Positions 31,218-41,729 of a stretch of DNA of 64,000 bases are shown here, piece by piece. This stretch comes from Gammaproteobacteria bacterium (GTDB taxonomy: Bacteria > Pseudomonadota > Gammaproteobacteria > Chromatiales > Chromatiaceae), in the NCBI GenBank assembly GCA_020445415.1, contig JAGRGP010000030.1:14111-78110 (forward strand), in the 5' to 3' direction. Under the pieces are notes generated by a model. That model was not told the origin of the DNA. It was given only the letters and a program-made list of their open reading frames with translations, and did not search any database. Each line of letters begins with the position of its first letter. Position 1 is the stretch's first letter. A program made the position numbers and the translations under genes.

Positions 31218-32631
31218 GCTCAGGCAACCCCTCGCGGGCACCGTGCTGGCAGAGCTGGGGGCGCTGGCCGGAAGCGGTGGGCTGTATACAGACCCGGGAG
31301 ACTGCTGGGCTTACGGTTATGACAACAGCCGCCGGCATGCATTGCCCAGGGCGGTGTTTTTCGCCACCAACCATGAACAAGTAATGGCCCTCATCGCGCT
31401 TTGCAATCGGGAGCGCATCCCTTTGGTACCCAGGGGGGCGGGGACGGGCACTACGGGGGCAACGGTGCCCGACCAAGGCGGTATCGTCCTCTCGCTGGAG
31501 CGCATGAACCGGATTTTAAGTGTTGAACCCGAGAACCGGATCGCCCGCGTTGAACCTGGGGTCACCAACGAGGCGCTCCAAGAATGCATTTCGAAACACG
31601 GTTTTTTCTGGCCTCCGGACCCCACCAGTGCCGCGGTGTGCACAATCGGCGGAAACTTAGCCTACAACTCGGCGGGGCCCAGGGCGGTCAAGTACGGCAC
31701 ACCCCGCGAGAATACTTTGGGGCTGCGAGCGGTTACCGGTGAGGGCAAGGAGATTCGCACCGGCGTAATCACTACCAAGGGGGTGGTAGGCTACGACCTT
31801 ACCAGGTTGCTTATTGGTTCCGAAGGCACATTGGCGGTTATTACCGAAGCGGTCCTGAAGCTGACGCCGCGGGCAGAAGCCAAACGCACTATGCAGGTGT
31901 CTTATCGTGACGTGCGCGCAGCCGCCAGGGCAGTATCCGCCATTATGGCCCAGCCTGTAATTCCCTGCGCGCTGGAATTCATGGACGGCGCGGCGATCGG
32001 AATGGTCCGCTCCTATTCCGACTTGGCACTTGGCGAAGCGGTTGGCGCCTTGTTGATGATCGAGGTGGATGGGCCATTGCACGGACTTACCGAAGCAGTA
32101 GCCGCGGTCAGCGAGGCCGCCCGGGTTGATGGGTGTCTATCGCTGCACATAGCCGAAAGCAAGGAGGAGGTTGCCAAACTCTGGCGTACCCGTAAGGCTC
32201 TCTCACCCGCTTTGCGCAATATAGCGCCAAAAAAGATCAATGAAGACATTGTGGTTCCGGTATCCCGTATCCCCGACCTGATCGATGGGCTTGACCGGCT
32301 TGCCGAACAGTATCAAGTTCCAATCGTCAATTTTGGGCATGCGGGAAACGGTAATATCCATGTGAACCTATTGACTAATCCCGATGACAAAGCGGAAAAC
32401 AGGCGAGCCGAGACCTGCCTGGATGCCATGTTCAATCTGGTGCTGCACTTGGGTGGTACATTATCGGGAGAGCACGGAGTCGGCCTGGAGAAACGAGATT
32501 TCATCGATCGGGAAATCGATCCCACAACCCTGGACCTGATGCGCAGAATCAAAGCACAGTTCGACCCCAACCGTATCCTGAACCCCGGAAAGGCACTCCC
32601 GGATCAATCGCCTGGTGGGGGCGAGTCTTAA
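31204..32631 (+). CDS. FAD-linked oxidase (GlcD / D-2-hydroxyacid dehydrogenase family)
   Basis: 475 aa from a TTG; the start is uncertain. FAD-binding PRGAGTGTTGA, plus LSGEHGVGLEKRDF and C-terminal FDPNRILNPGK. No glcE or glcF follows. Confidence 0.8.
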   Translation: MNTSELRQPLAGTVLAELGALAGSGGLYTDPGDCWAYGYDNSRRHALPRAVFFATNHEQVMALIALCNRERIPLVPRGAGTGTTGATVPDQGGIVLSLERMNRILSVEPENRIARVEPGVTNEALQECISKHGFFWPPDPTSAAVCTIGGNLAYNSAGPRAVKYGTPRENTLGLRAVTGEGKEIRTGVITTKGVVGYDLTRLLIGSEGTLAVITEAVLKLTPRAEAKRTMQVSYRDVRAAARAVSAIMAQPVIPCALEFMDGAAIGMVRSYSDLALGEAVGALLMIEVDGPLHGLTEAVAAVSEAARVDGCLSLHIAESKEEVAKLWRTRKALSPALRNIAPKKINEDIVVPVSRIPDLIDGLDRLAEQYQVPIVNFGHAGNGNIHVNLLTNPDDKAENRRAETCLDAMFNLVLHLGGTLSGEHGVGLEKRDFIDREIDPTTLDLMRRIKAQFDPNRILNPGKALPDQSPGGGES

Positions 32632-33188
32632 TACGTGACAGCCACTGCCCCAGTGCGGTACGAGGGGCCAAGATCCTATCCATATAGCGCCCATCGATAC
32701 CCGAAATGAAAGCGGGATCCAAGCACGGGTTCCAATGCTGTGTCTCGGTAAACGGAAGGCCCGGCGCCATGGCACGGAATCCTGCCAGTAGTCCCCAGGC
32801 TAATACCTTTGTACTGCTGCCGAATTCAACGCCAGGACCTGGACGATGAGAATAACCGGACGGCGTCACCGCGATCAGGATAACGCCAAACTCCGTTACA
32901 ATTCGAAATTCGACCAGACAGCCACACGTGCGGGTCTATCAGTTGAAATGCCAGAGTACAAAAACGACTAAAATGCGAGGTTGCGGGGTAAGTTAACGAA
33001 ACCAATAACGGAAAAGATTTGATTTAGATTCCTGATTTAGCCATATTCACATTCCATCGGTGCTAAAAATCGGGCTAAACTAGCTATTTTGTCGTGGCCT
33101 AACGAATTACCATGGCTCGAACACGGGCCAGCATAATAATGGCTTATCACTCTGAAAAACCTCTTGGCTTCTGATACGGAATAATAAC

Positions 33189-34658
33189 GTGAACAAATCC
33201 CTACAACTCGCCGCACTGATGCTGACCTCCCTATTGTTACCAAGCCTTGCTCTGGGCATGGCTTCCACAGGAGAGGGCAGTCGGCTGGATCTCACCGACC
33301 ACTGGGTGGGCTTTACGGCGCTGGCGATATTTGCGATTGCATACGGCCTGGTAATGGCCGAAGAATTTACCCATTTACGAAAGTCTAAACCGGTCATTCT
33401 GGCGGCCGGCATCATCTGGGCTCTGGTTGCCTGGGTCTATCACACCCATACGGAACTTCCGGTGGGAATGGCGGAACAGGCGGTCCGCCACAATCTGCTC
33501 GAATATGCGGAACTCATGTTGTTCCTGCTGGTGGCAATGACCTACATCAACGCCATGGATGAGCGCAATGTTTTCGAGGCATTACGCTCCTGGCTGGTAC
33601 GCAAAGGTTTTGGATTTAGAAACCTGTTTTGGATCACCGGGGTACTGGCGTTCTTTATATCTCCGGTCGCGGATAATCTCACCACTGCACTCTTGATGTG
33701 CGCGGTGGTGATGGCGGTTGGTGGCACCAACAATAAATTTGTCCTACTGGCGTGCATCAACATCGTGGTAGCGGCCAATGCCGGCGGCGCCTTCAGCCCC
33801 TTTGGCGATATCACCACCTTGATGGTCTGGCAAAAAGCCATCTCCACACCCCAGGGGGCGGTTGACTTCTGGTCGTTCTTTCATCTCTTCATTCCCTCGG
33901 TCGTTAACTGGCTGGTACCCGCCACGCTCATGGTGATGGCGGTACCCAATGAACAACCCACGGGGGGTGGTGAATCCGTCGAGATGAAGCGTGGCGCCAA
34001 GCGCATCATGCTTTTGTTTCTGTGCACCATCACTACCGCCGTCAGTTTCCACAACTTCCTGCATATGCCGCCGGTCATCGGCATGCTCACCGGGCTGGCG
34101 TATCTGCAGTTTTTTGGTTACTACCTTAAGAAGACCTACCGCAAAGACCACCAACGTGCCGCGACCTTATCCGACGAAATGGAAATTGAGCACGACAGCC
34201 AGATGGGTGATGTGGTTGCCTTCGACGTGTTCCGCAAGGTAGCCCGGGCAGAGTGGGACACCCTGCTGTTCTTCTATGGCGTGGTGCTTTGCGTTGGTGG
34301 CCTGGGATTCATCGGCTATCTGGCAATGGCCTCTCAGCTGATGTACGTGGAATGGGGCGCCACCACCGCCAATGTGGCGGTAGGCGTGCTCTCGGCCATT
34401 GTCGACAATATTCCGGTGATGTTTGCCGTACTTACCATGATGCCGGATATGTCAGCCGGCCAATGGCTGTTGGTGACCCTTACCGCGGGCGTGGGCGGGT
34501 CCCTGCTGTCTATTGGGTCGGCAGCGGGCGTGGCTCTGATGGGACAGGCCCGGGGCAAATACACCTTCTTCGGACACCTCAAATGGACACCGGCGATCGC
34601 CCTGGGGTACGCTGCCAGTATTGTCTGCCATTTGTGGATCAACTCTGGCCAATTCTGA
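33189..34658 (+). CDS. nhaD: NhaD-family Na+/H+ antiporter (ArsB/NhaD permease superfamily)
   Basis: 489 aa, GTG start, polytopic. Motifs ISPVADNLTTALLM and ANAGGAFSPFGDITTLMVW resemble NhaD. Confidence 0.7.
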   Translation: MNKSLQLAALMLTSLLLPSLALGMASTGEGSRLDLTDHWVGFTALAIFAIAYGLVMAEEFTHLRKSKPVILAAGIIWALVAWVYHTHTELPVGMAEQAVRHNLLEYAELMLFLLVAMTYINAMDERNVFEALRSWLVRKGFGFRNLFWITGVLAFFISPVADNLTTALLMCAVVMAVGGTNNKFVLLACINIVVAANAGGAFSPFGDITTLMVWQKAISTPQGAVDFWSFFHLFIPSVVNWLVPATLMVMAVPNEQPTGGGESVEMKRGAKRIMLLFLCTITTAVSFHNFLHMPPVIGMLTGLAYLQFFGYYLKKTYRKDHQRAATLSDEMEIEHDSQMGDVVAFDVFRKVARAEWDTLLFFYGVVLCVGGLGFIGYLAMASQLMYVEWGATTANVAVGVLSAIVDNIPVMFAVLTMMPDMSAGQWLLVTLTAGVGGSLLSIGSAAGVALMGQARGKYTFFGHLKWTPAIALGYAASIVCHLWINSGQF

Positions 34659-34672
34659 TCTTGACGACGTTG

Positions 34673-34709
34673 GGCCGTTTGCCCCACCGGGATCGGGGGG
34701 CAAACGGCC
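34673..34709 (+). terminator. terminator-like 13-bp hairpin after nhaD
   Basis: ggccgtttgcccc (34673..34685) pairs with ggggcaaacggcc (34697..34709). The U-tract is weak (ggatttcc). Confidence 0.55.
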
Positions 34710-34950
34710 GGATTTCCTGCCTGACTTCTACCCAGCCCCTCCGACGGGAATACCATAGAATTCTCTTAGCCGGCTATCGAAACCGCTAGCAGCGGGGCTT
34801 TCGACATTCCATGATATAGTCCTATCCTGCCCTCGGGCTGCTCCCGGGAAGACATTATAACGTATTGATTAGTATCACATATATATCACGTCAGGAGGAT
34901 ACCCTTGGAGGGGTTCTGATAAACAGACTTGCCAGATTAGGGAGAACAGT

Positions 34951-35820
34951 ATGTCAAAGCAGCACCCAGTCATCGCCGTAACCGGTTCATCCGGAGCTGG
35001 CACCACGACCGTCAAGCGGGCATTCGAACATATCTTCTTTCGTGACGGTTATCGGCCGGCCGTAGTGGAAGGAGACAGCTTCCATTGCTTCGACAGGGCA
35101 ACCATGCGCAAAAAGATCGTCGAGGGGTTGAGCCATTTCGGGCCCGAAGCCAATTGCTTCGATAAGCTGGTCGACCTGTTCAGGACTTACGGCGAATCCG
35201 GTACCGGCAACAAACGCTACTATCTACATAACCAGGAAGAGGCCGACCACCACAATACGCGCCTAGGCTCAAAGAAGAACCCCGGAGAGTTCACCCCGTG
35301 GGAAAAAATCGAAGAGGGTACCGATCTGCTTTTCTATGAAGGCCTTCATGGCCTGGCGGTAACCGAAAAATACAATGTCGCCCAATACGTCGATCTGGGG
35401 GTTGGCGTGGTTCCCATCGTTAACCTGGAGTGGATTCAGAAAATTTTCCGGGACAACGCGGAACGGGGCTACAGCGAAGAGGCTATTGTCGATACGATTT
35501 TGCGTCGCATGCCCGATTATATCAATCACATTACTCCGCAGTTTTCCCGCACCGACATCAACTTCCAAAGGGTACCCACCGTGGATACCTCGAATCCCTT
35601 CATCGCCCGCGATATCCCGATACCGGATGAGAGCTACGTGGTGATCAGATTTCGGGATCCTAAAGGGCTAAATACCAACTTCCCCTATCTGCTGTCGATG
35701 CTGGACGGCTCTTTCATGTCGCGCCGCAATACCATCGTCGTACCCGGCGGCAAGATGGGCTTTGCCATGGAGATCATCCTTCAGCCAATCATCGAACGCA
35801 TGATGGCCTACCGCGGCTAA
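34951..35820 (+). CDS. prk: phosphoribulokinase
   Basis: 289 aa. P-loop AVTGSSGAGTTT, then AFEHIFFRDG..., EGLHG and IVPIVNLEWIQKI. Classic bacterial CbbP/PrkB. Confidence 0.93.
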   Translation: MSKQHPVIAVTGSSGAGTTTVKRAFEHIFFRDGYRPAVVEGDSFHCFDRATMRKKIVEGLSHFGPEANCFDKLVDLFRTYGESGTGNKRYYLHNQEEADHHNTRLGSKKNPGEFTPWEKIEEGTDLLFYEGLHGLAVTEKYNVAQYVDLGVGVVPIVNLEWIQKIFRDNAERGYSEEAIVDTILRRMPDYINHITPQFSRTDINFQRVPTVDTSNPFIARDIPIPDESYVVIRFRDPKGLNTNFPYLLSMLDGSFMSRRNTIVVPGGKMGFAMEIILQPIIERMMAYRG

Positions 35821-35878
35821 TAATTGCGGTTACTTCGCCGGCTCCTCCAGGCATTGAGCCAAAGTGCCAACCAAAAGA

Positions 35879-35904
35879 GACAGTCCCCAGCAACGGGGAC
35901 TGTT
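35879..35904. terminator. shared hairpin between convergent prk and the ydgA-like gene
   Basis: 9-bp stem acagtcccc pairs with ggggactgt across a 6-nt loop. The minus-strand transcript continues UCUCUUUUGG and the plus-strand transcript continues UUCUCAC. Confidence 0.55.
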
Positions 35905-35919
35905 CTCACAAAACAACTG

Positions 35920-37305
35920 TCATAACAGGGGAAAAACCCTACCATTCACGGTAATCTCGCCATTGGAAAGGGTGGCGTTACTGACGAGGTTACCCGACTT
36001 TCGCACCAAGAACTGCTGTCTTAACAACCGCGCCAGCGTTTCTTGGGACTCATCCTTTACCAATGCCTGCCATTGCTCGGGGGAATCTAAGCCATTCCCG
36101 CTCGATTCCTCCCCGTTTTCACGCTCCTGCACCAGTCGCTGGGCAACTAACGCCTCCAGCAATGACGTGAATACCGACTCAGGCATCTTGAACGACAGTT
36201 CCCCCTCAAGCTTCCTCAGCGCCTTAAGGCCCAAGGATACCTGCTCCCAGCGGAGTCCAAGACTCCGAATCGAGAATCCGCCCTCGATCAACCCATCGGG
36301 TGTCACCACGCGAAGATCCTTTACCGCAAATCCCGGATCCTGAGCCAGGATGTCTGGGGCAACACTCATCAGCAATGTGGTCAATGCCATGCTCCGCTGG
36401 GCATCGGACATTGGATGGCCGCTCAGATCATGAACCGCTTGTTGGATACGCACCAATCCAGAACCGGAAAGGTTGGTCAATTCGAGCCGCAGGCTTCCCG
36501 GGCCGTACACCACGCCTTGTGTTTCCAGACGCTGTATGGCGTACACGGTCGCTCCGGACACCCGATTTTCCTGCTCCGAGCTGTCCAAATCCAATGTCAC
36601 ACCTTGGGCTCGGAGAGACCAGCCGGTTGTGGCATTGTCAACCGAAAACTCATCTAATCCAAAACGCCCGCTCCCCAATGTCAGGCCGCTATTACCAACC
36701 CAGGAGTTGGACCTGACACTAATCTCCCCCAATCTCACGGTTACCTGATCCTTGCCGGTAACACGGAGCCCTGGAGAGTTTAGCTTCCACTCGGCGGTCT
36801 TGGCAGCGGGATCGAACTGCAACTCCCCATCGAGACCGGCGAACGAAACCGATACACCGGATGACGCCTGGTCATCCGCGGCAGGGGGCAGAATCCATTT
36901 CGTATCCCCTTTGCCATTCAGCGTTACAAAGGTATGCAATTCAACCGTATAGGACTCCGGCAACAAACCGTCTGGCAGCGGCTGTACTTTACTCGTTATC
37001 TCGGCTAGCCCAGCGCCGTTCGAGGTCACCGGGCCGTGTGAAATCTCACTGCGTACGATGAACCCTTGGTGCCGCACACCTGGCCCGGAGGCAGGTAGAT
37101 CCCTGGTAATTGGTAACTGGAAACGGGTCTCGGCCGCAGCACCGAACCACCCTCTATCGTAGTGATGGCTGAGGAGTTCGCCCCCTTCGTCCCGGACCTG
37201 ATCCACTAGCGCCTGATAATAGGTTTCCGTCTTTTTTCCCACCACTACCTGAGCAGCAATTAGCGCCACCGCAGCAACCAAAAACAGGATTAGATATTTT
37301 CTCAT
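35920..37305 (-). CDS. YdgA/DUF945 family protein (N-terminal membrane anchor)
   Basis: 461 aa. N-terminus MRKYLILFLVAAVALIAAQVVVGKKTETYYQ and C-terminal ...ATLSNGEITVNGRVFPL resemble E. coli YdgA (LQYANGQITLNGQ). Confidence 0.6.
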   Translation of the reverse strand: MRKYLILFLVAAVALIAAQVVVGKKTETYYQALVDQVRDEGGELLSHHYDRGWFGAAAETRFQLPITRDLPASGPGVRHQGFIVRSEISHGPVTSNGAGLAEITSKVQPLPDGLLPESYTVELHTFVTLNGKGDTKWILPPAADDQASSGVSVSFAGLDGELQFDPAAKTAEWKLNSPGLRVTGKDQVTVRLGEISVRSNSWVGNSGLTLGSGRFGLDEFSVDNATTGWSLRAQGVTLDLDSSEQENRVSGATVYAIQRLETQGVVYGPGSLRLELTNLSGSGLVRIQQAVHDLSGHPMSDAQRSMALTTLLMSVAPDILAQDPGFAVKDLRVVTPDGLIEGGFSIRSLGLRWEQVSLGLKALRKLEGELSFKMPESVFTSLLEALVAQRLVQERENGEESSGNGLDSPEQWQALVKDESQETLARLLRQQFLVRKSGNLVSNATLSNGEITVNGRVFPLL

Positions 37306-37368
37306 GGCGTTAAGTGGTAACTAGCTGCACCGCCAGCCGGAAGAAACGGCTGCATCCAACCTATACAA

Positions 37369-39279
37369 CTAACAGGCCCGCACCGGCTGCTGCCCTCGGC
37401 TCTGCGCGGCTATGACTGAACGCAAGATGGAAGGCACATCCAGCCCTGCCTCGGCCAATTGCTGATCACTGGTGGCATGTTCGATGAAACGATCCGGGAG
37501 GCCGAGATTGATCACCCGAACGGGCCGCGATGATTGAGCCAAAATTTCCATGACCGCTGAACCAGCCCCCCCTTGGACCACGTTCTCCTCAACGGTTACT
37601 AGCAGATCATGGCTATCGGAAAGTCTTCGCAACAACGCCTCGTCCATGGGTTTGACAAAACGCATATTGGCCACGGTTGCATCCAGTTTCTCCGCCGCCT
37701 CCATGGCACGGGCATGCATGCTCCCAAATGCCAAAAATGCCACTCCACGGCCCTCCCTCGTGATGACGCCCTCACCAATGGGCAGGGTATCTAAGGTATC
37801 CCTAACTGCCGCCCCGGGGCCCACCCCTCTTGGGTAGCGCACCAGTGCCGGACCGGGATATTCGTATGCAGTTTGTAGCATCAACCGGCATTCATTCTCA
37901 TCCGCCGGCGCCATGATCAGCAGGTTGGGTATCGCCCGAGCGAAACTAAGATCGAAGCTCCCCGCATGGGTAGCACCGTCTGCGCCGACCTGCCCGGCCC
38001 GGTCCACCGCAAAGGTCACATCTAGATTCTGCAATGCCACGTCGTGTATCAATTGGTCGTAGGCACGTTGCAAAAAACTCGAGTAGATAGCCACTACCGG
38101 CTTTCCGCCCTCGCATGCGATCCCCGCCGCGAACGTCACCGCATGTTGTTCCGCGATCCCCACGTCATAGTACCTATTGGGGAATAACTTAGAAAACCGG
38201 ACCAACCCTGATCCCTCACACATCGCTGGCGTTATCGCGATCAATCGCTCATCCGCCCGCGCTGCATCGCACAGCCAATCCCCGAATATCTGTGTGTAGC
38301 TGGGAGAAAGTGATTTGCTACGCGACTTGCCAGTCGCCGGATCGAAAGGTGTCACGCCGTGGTAAAAACAAGGATCAACCTCCGCCGGCCGATATCCCTT
38401 CCCCTTTGTCGTAACCACGTGCAGCAACCTTGGGCCCCGCATTGCCTTCATATTGGCCAGCGTGGTAACCAAAGTATCGAGATCATGGCCATCCACCGGC
38501 CCGATCGAGTTAAATCCCAGCTCCTCAAATAGGGTACCGGGCATCACCATTCCCTTGACATGTTCTTCCCAACGACCCATCAGCTCACTCAGATTGGGCA
38601 ATTGGCTAAGCGCCGATTTACCTCCTTCCCTAACGGTCGTGTATAGCTTACCGGACAACACCCTGGCCAAATGATTTCGGAAGGCGCCCACCGGAGGTGA
38701 AATAGACATATCATTGTCGTTAAGCACCACCAGCAGATCCAGATCCAGTGCACCAGCGTGATTCAGTGCTTCGAAGGCCATTCCGGCTCCCATGGCGGCA
38801 TCGCCAATTACGGCTACTACATGCCGTCGCTCACCGCGCTGCTTGGCTGCAGCCGCCATACCCAGTGCCGCTCCGATGGAGGTACTCGAGTGGCCAGTGC
38901 CAAAGGTGTCATAATCACTTTCATCCCTACGCGGAAAGCCGGATATTCCGCCCTGGCTCCGTAGCGACCCCATCTGCTGGCGGCGGCCGGTGAGTATCTT
39001 GTGAGGGTACGCTTGATGGCCTACATCCCAGACTAGCCGATCGTGGGGGGTGTCGAACACATGATGCAGGGCAATCGTCAGCTCGACAACGCCAAGTCCA
39101 GCAGCGAGATGTCCTCCGGTACTCGACACGGTTTCGATCAAGAAGCGGCGCAATTCATCCGCCAATCTCAACAACTCAAAGACAGTCAGCGGCTTTAGAT
39201 CTATCGGATAGTCGATCGATGTCAGGAGTGGATAACGCGCTTGCGCCGCCCACCCACGTTCGTCGTTACGTGATGCCAT
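37369..39279 (-). CDS. dxs: 1-deoxy-D-xylulose-5-phosphate synthase
   Basis: Start ATG 39279 (MASRNDERG...[14 protein letters not shown]). Motifs [44 protein letters not shown] and [13 protein letters not shown]. Confidence 0.95.
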   Translation of the reverse strand: MASRNDERGWAAQARYPLLTSIDYPIDLKPLTVFELLRLADELRRFLIETVSSTGGHLAAGLGVVELTIALHHVFDTPHDRLVWDVGHQAYPHKILTGRRQQMGSLRSQGGISGFPRRDESDYDTFGTGHSSTSIGAALGMAAAAKQRGERRHVVAVIGDAAMGAGMAFEALNHAGALDLDLLVVLNDNDMSISPPVGAFRNHLARVLSGKLYTTVREGGKSALSQLPNLSELMGRWEEHVKGMVMPGTLFEELGFNSIGPVDGHDLDTLVTTLANMKAMRGPRLLHVVTTKGKGYRPAEVDPCFYHGVTPFDPATGKSRSKSLSPSYTQIFGDWLCDAARADERLIAITPAMCEGSGLVRFSKLFPNRYYDVGIAEQHAVTFAAGIACEGGKPVVAIYSSFLQRAYDQLIHDVALQNLDVTFAVDRAGQVGADGATHAGSFDLSFARAIPNLLIMAPADENECRLMLQTAYEYPGPALVRYPRGVGPGAAVRDTLDTLPIGEGVITREGRGVAFLAFGSMHARAMEAAEKLDATVANMRFVKPMDEALLRRLSDSHDLLVTVEENVVQGGAGSAVMEILAQSSRPVRVINLGLPDRFIEHATSDQQLAEAGLDVPSILRSVIAAQSRGQQPVRAC

Positions 39280-39493
39280 TTCCGTTCTCTCAAGATTTAA
39301 CCGGAATCCCCGCACAAACAAATTTGCCCAGAACCGGCATCTGTCTTCCAGTCCGCCCGCCCTGGGCATTCCACTACCGGTGCCCTAAGCAAGACACGCT
39401 TCTCACCGTTGCCCAACGACGGATAACTGCCTACCCACTCTAAGTCCGCCAGGACTCCATTGTAGCCCATCATCATTGGGTAGGTTCGAATTT

Positions 39494-40399
39494 TCACCCC
39501 CTGGCGCCCCATGGAAAATCTCCCGACAGCAAGAACTCCCGAAATGCCGTCGCGGAGGGGGAAAGGCGCTTCCCCTTTCGGTGGACAATGAACCATCGCC
39601 TCATCAATGGAAACCTCTCCACGGGTAACACCACTAGGCGTCCTGTCTCTAGTTCAAGCTCGACCGTATGGATTGAAACCACACCCAACCCCATACCGGC
39701 CCGTACACCCTGTTTAATGGCCTCGTTTCGAGTCATCTGCATTCCCTGCCGTAGCTCCAGTTTCTGGTCTTGAAAGAAACCCTCCATGGCGAGACGGGTC
39801 CCGGATCCCGGCTCGCGCATAAGGAATACTTGATCGCTCAGCTCCTTTAGCGCCACCTGCGAGCGTCCCGCAAGCGGGTGGGAAGGCGCAGCGATCACCA
39901 CCAAGGGATTATCCATGAACGGCTCAGCCTCTAACTGCAACCCTTCCGGAGGGCGCCCCATCAACACCAGATCTTTTTCGTTTTTTTCCAACAACCTCAT
40001 CAGATCTTTTCGGTTGCTAACCTCCAAGGTGAGTTGAATCGCCGGATACCGCCGGGAAAACGCACCTAAGGCGCCCGGAGCAAAGTAGTTGACAGTGCTG
40101 GCAACCGCGATGTCCAGCCGCCCCCGATTCACGCCCTTGAGAGATTCCAGCACCTCCTCCACCTCATCCAACTCCGAGGCAATTCGTAGCCCGTATCGGT
40201 GTAACTCCCGACCCGCTTCGGTGAGGTGAACCTGTTTCCCCAGCTTCTCGAATAGCGGCAGACCCACATTTTCCTCCAGTTGGCGAATCTGCATGGATAC
40301 CGCCGGTTGGCTGAGGAACAGTGCGTCGGCCGCGCGGGTGAAGCTGAGGTGTGTTGCCACCGCCTCAAAAACCTTCAATTGCCGAAACGTCAGATGCAT
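39494..40399 (-). CDS. cbbR: LysR-family transcriptional regulator, CbbR type
   Basis: Start ATG 40399. The HTH region MHLTFRQLKVFEAVATHLSFTRAADALFLSQPAVSMQIRQLEENVGLPLFEKLGK is very close to the CbbR N-termini I remember. Confidence 0.75.
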   Translation of the reverse strand: MHLTFRQLKVFEAVATHLSFTRAADALFLSQPAVSMQIRQLEENVGLPLFEKLGKQVHLTEAGRELHRYGLRIASELDEVEEVLESLKGVNRGRLDIAVASTVNYFAPGALGAFSRRYPAIQLTLEVSNRKDLMRLLEKNEKDLVLMGRPPEGLQLEAEPFMDNPLVVIAAPSHPLAGRSQVALKELSDQVFLMREPGSGTRLAMEGFFQDQKLELRQGMQMTRNEAIKQGVRAGMGLGVVSIHTVELELETGRLVVLPVERFPLMRRWFIVHRKGKRLSPSATAFREFLLSGDFPWGARG

Positions 40400-40649
40400 C
40401 CTATCTCCAATGGGTCTATGGGCGAGCGATAGCGTTACCGGGCGTGGTTCACTCCAAGCTTTCATACTGGGCGCCAAAGGCCGAGTGCCGTTTCCAAATC
40501 ATAGACGACCGGCTCTCCAGGCGTGTTGGCGGCGTCCTGATCGCAGGGTACGAGTCCTCAAGCTACGAGGTCCTCAGCCTCCGGGGTGATGAGATAAGAT
40601 TGTGGCTTGACGAACGCCCGAGTGACCAGTTCCACTCGGCGGCACTAGA

Positions 40650-41729
40650 ATGAGCGACAAAGGCATTATGCCAATGGAATATCGAGATATGAAGAGCCAA
40701 CAATTTGCCAGTGATAATTACTCGGGGATCTGCGAACGAGCGTGGCTCGCGATGGAAAAGGCCAATAGCGGACATACTCTAGCCTACGGTGAAGATCCCT
40801 GGACCCAACAGGCGGCAGACAAGCTACGGGAGTTGTTCGAGTGTGACTGCCAGGTATTTTTTGTATTTAACGGGACCGCCGGAAACTCATTGGCACTGGC
40901 TTCGATGTGCCAATCCTATCATGGCATCATATGCCACGAGACCGCCCACATCGAAACGGATGAGTGTGGAGCGCCCGAATTCTTCTCCAACGGCGCCAAG
41001 TTACTGATTGGCCCGGGAGCCTATGGAAAGCTAACACCCGATACCGTGACCTCCATCGTCAGCCGGCGATCTGACATTCACTACCCACGCCCCAGGGTGC
41101 TCTCACTCACCCAGGCCACGGAACTGGGAACGCTGTACACGCCAGCGGAGTTGGGAGAGCTTGGGAGGACATCCAAGTCCCTCGGATTGCGCGTCCACAT
41201 GGACGGTGCCCGTTTTGCCAACGCGGTAGCTTCGATCGGGTGCAGCCCCCGTGAGATCAGCGTCGATTGCGGGGTAGATGTGCTCTGTTTCGGCGGTACC
41301 AAAAATGGCATGGCGGTGGGTGATGCAGTGATCTTTTTTGACACCTCGCTGGCGGAAGACTTTGCCTGGCGGTGCAAACAAGCCGGACAGCTAGCCTCAA
41401 AAATGCGATTTATTTCAGCGCCTTGGACTGCCATGCTGGAAGATGGCAGCTGGCTGACAAACGCTCGCCATGCCAACCGGTGCGCCCAGCTCTTGGAAAC
41501 CAATCTGCGGGAGATTCCTGGGGTTGAGCTCCTGTTCCCCCGCCAAGCCAATGCGCTGTTTGTCACTATGCCAGAACCGGCACTCAAACAGTTGCGGAAA
41601 AACGGCTGGCATTTCTATACCTTTATAGGCGTAGGGGGCGCCCGGTTTATGTGTAGCTGGGACACCACTGAAGAGTCGATTGCCAGATTGTCTCGGGACA
41701 TTGCCGAGGCAGTAGAGTGCTATTGCTGA
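40650..41729 (+). CDS. ltaE: low-specificity L-threonine aldolase (beta-eliminating lyase family, PLP)
   Basis: QQFASDNYSGICERAWLAMEKANSGH, FNGTAGNSLA, HIETDECGAPEFFSNG and FGGTKNG (PLP Lys) resemble Pseudomonas LtaE. The true start may be ATG 40674 or 40689. Confidence 0.85.
   Translation: MSDKGIMPMEYRDMKSQQFASDNYSGICERAWLAMEKANSGHTLAYGEDPWTQQAADKLRELFECDCQVFFVFNGTAGNSLALASMCQSYHGIICHETAHIETDECGAPEFFSNGAKLLIGPGAYGKLTPDTVTSIVSRRSDIHYPRPRVLSLTQATELGTLYTPAELGELGRTSKSLGLRVHMDGARFANAVASIGCSPREISVDCGVDVLCFGGTKNGMAVGDAVIFFDTSLAEDFAWRCKQAGQLASKMRFISAPWTAMLEDGSWLTNARHANRCAQLLETNLREIPGVELLFPRQANALFVTMPEPALKQLRKNGWHFYTFIGVGGARFMCSWDTTEESIARLSRDIAEAVECYC

Noticed and set aside
39483-39491. GGTTCGAAT, a tRNA T-loop-like string.
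   Set aside because: The flanking sequence cannot form an acceptor, D or anticodon stem. It lies at the 3' end of cbbR, straddling its stop codon. No tRNA was seen in any intergenic region I read.
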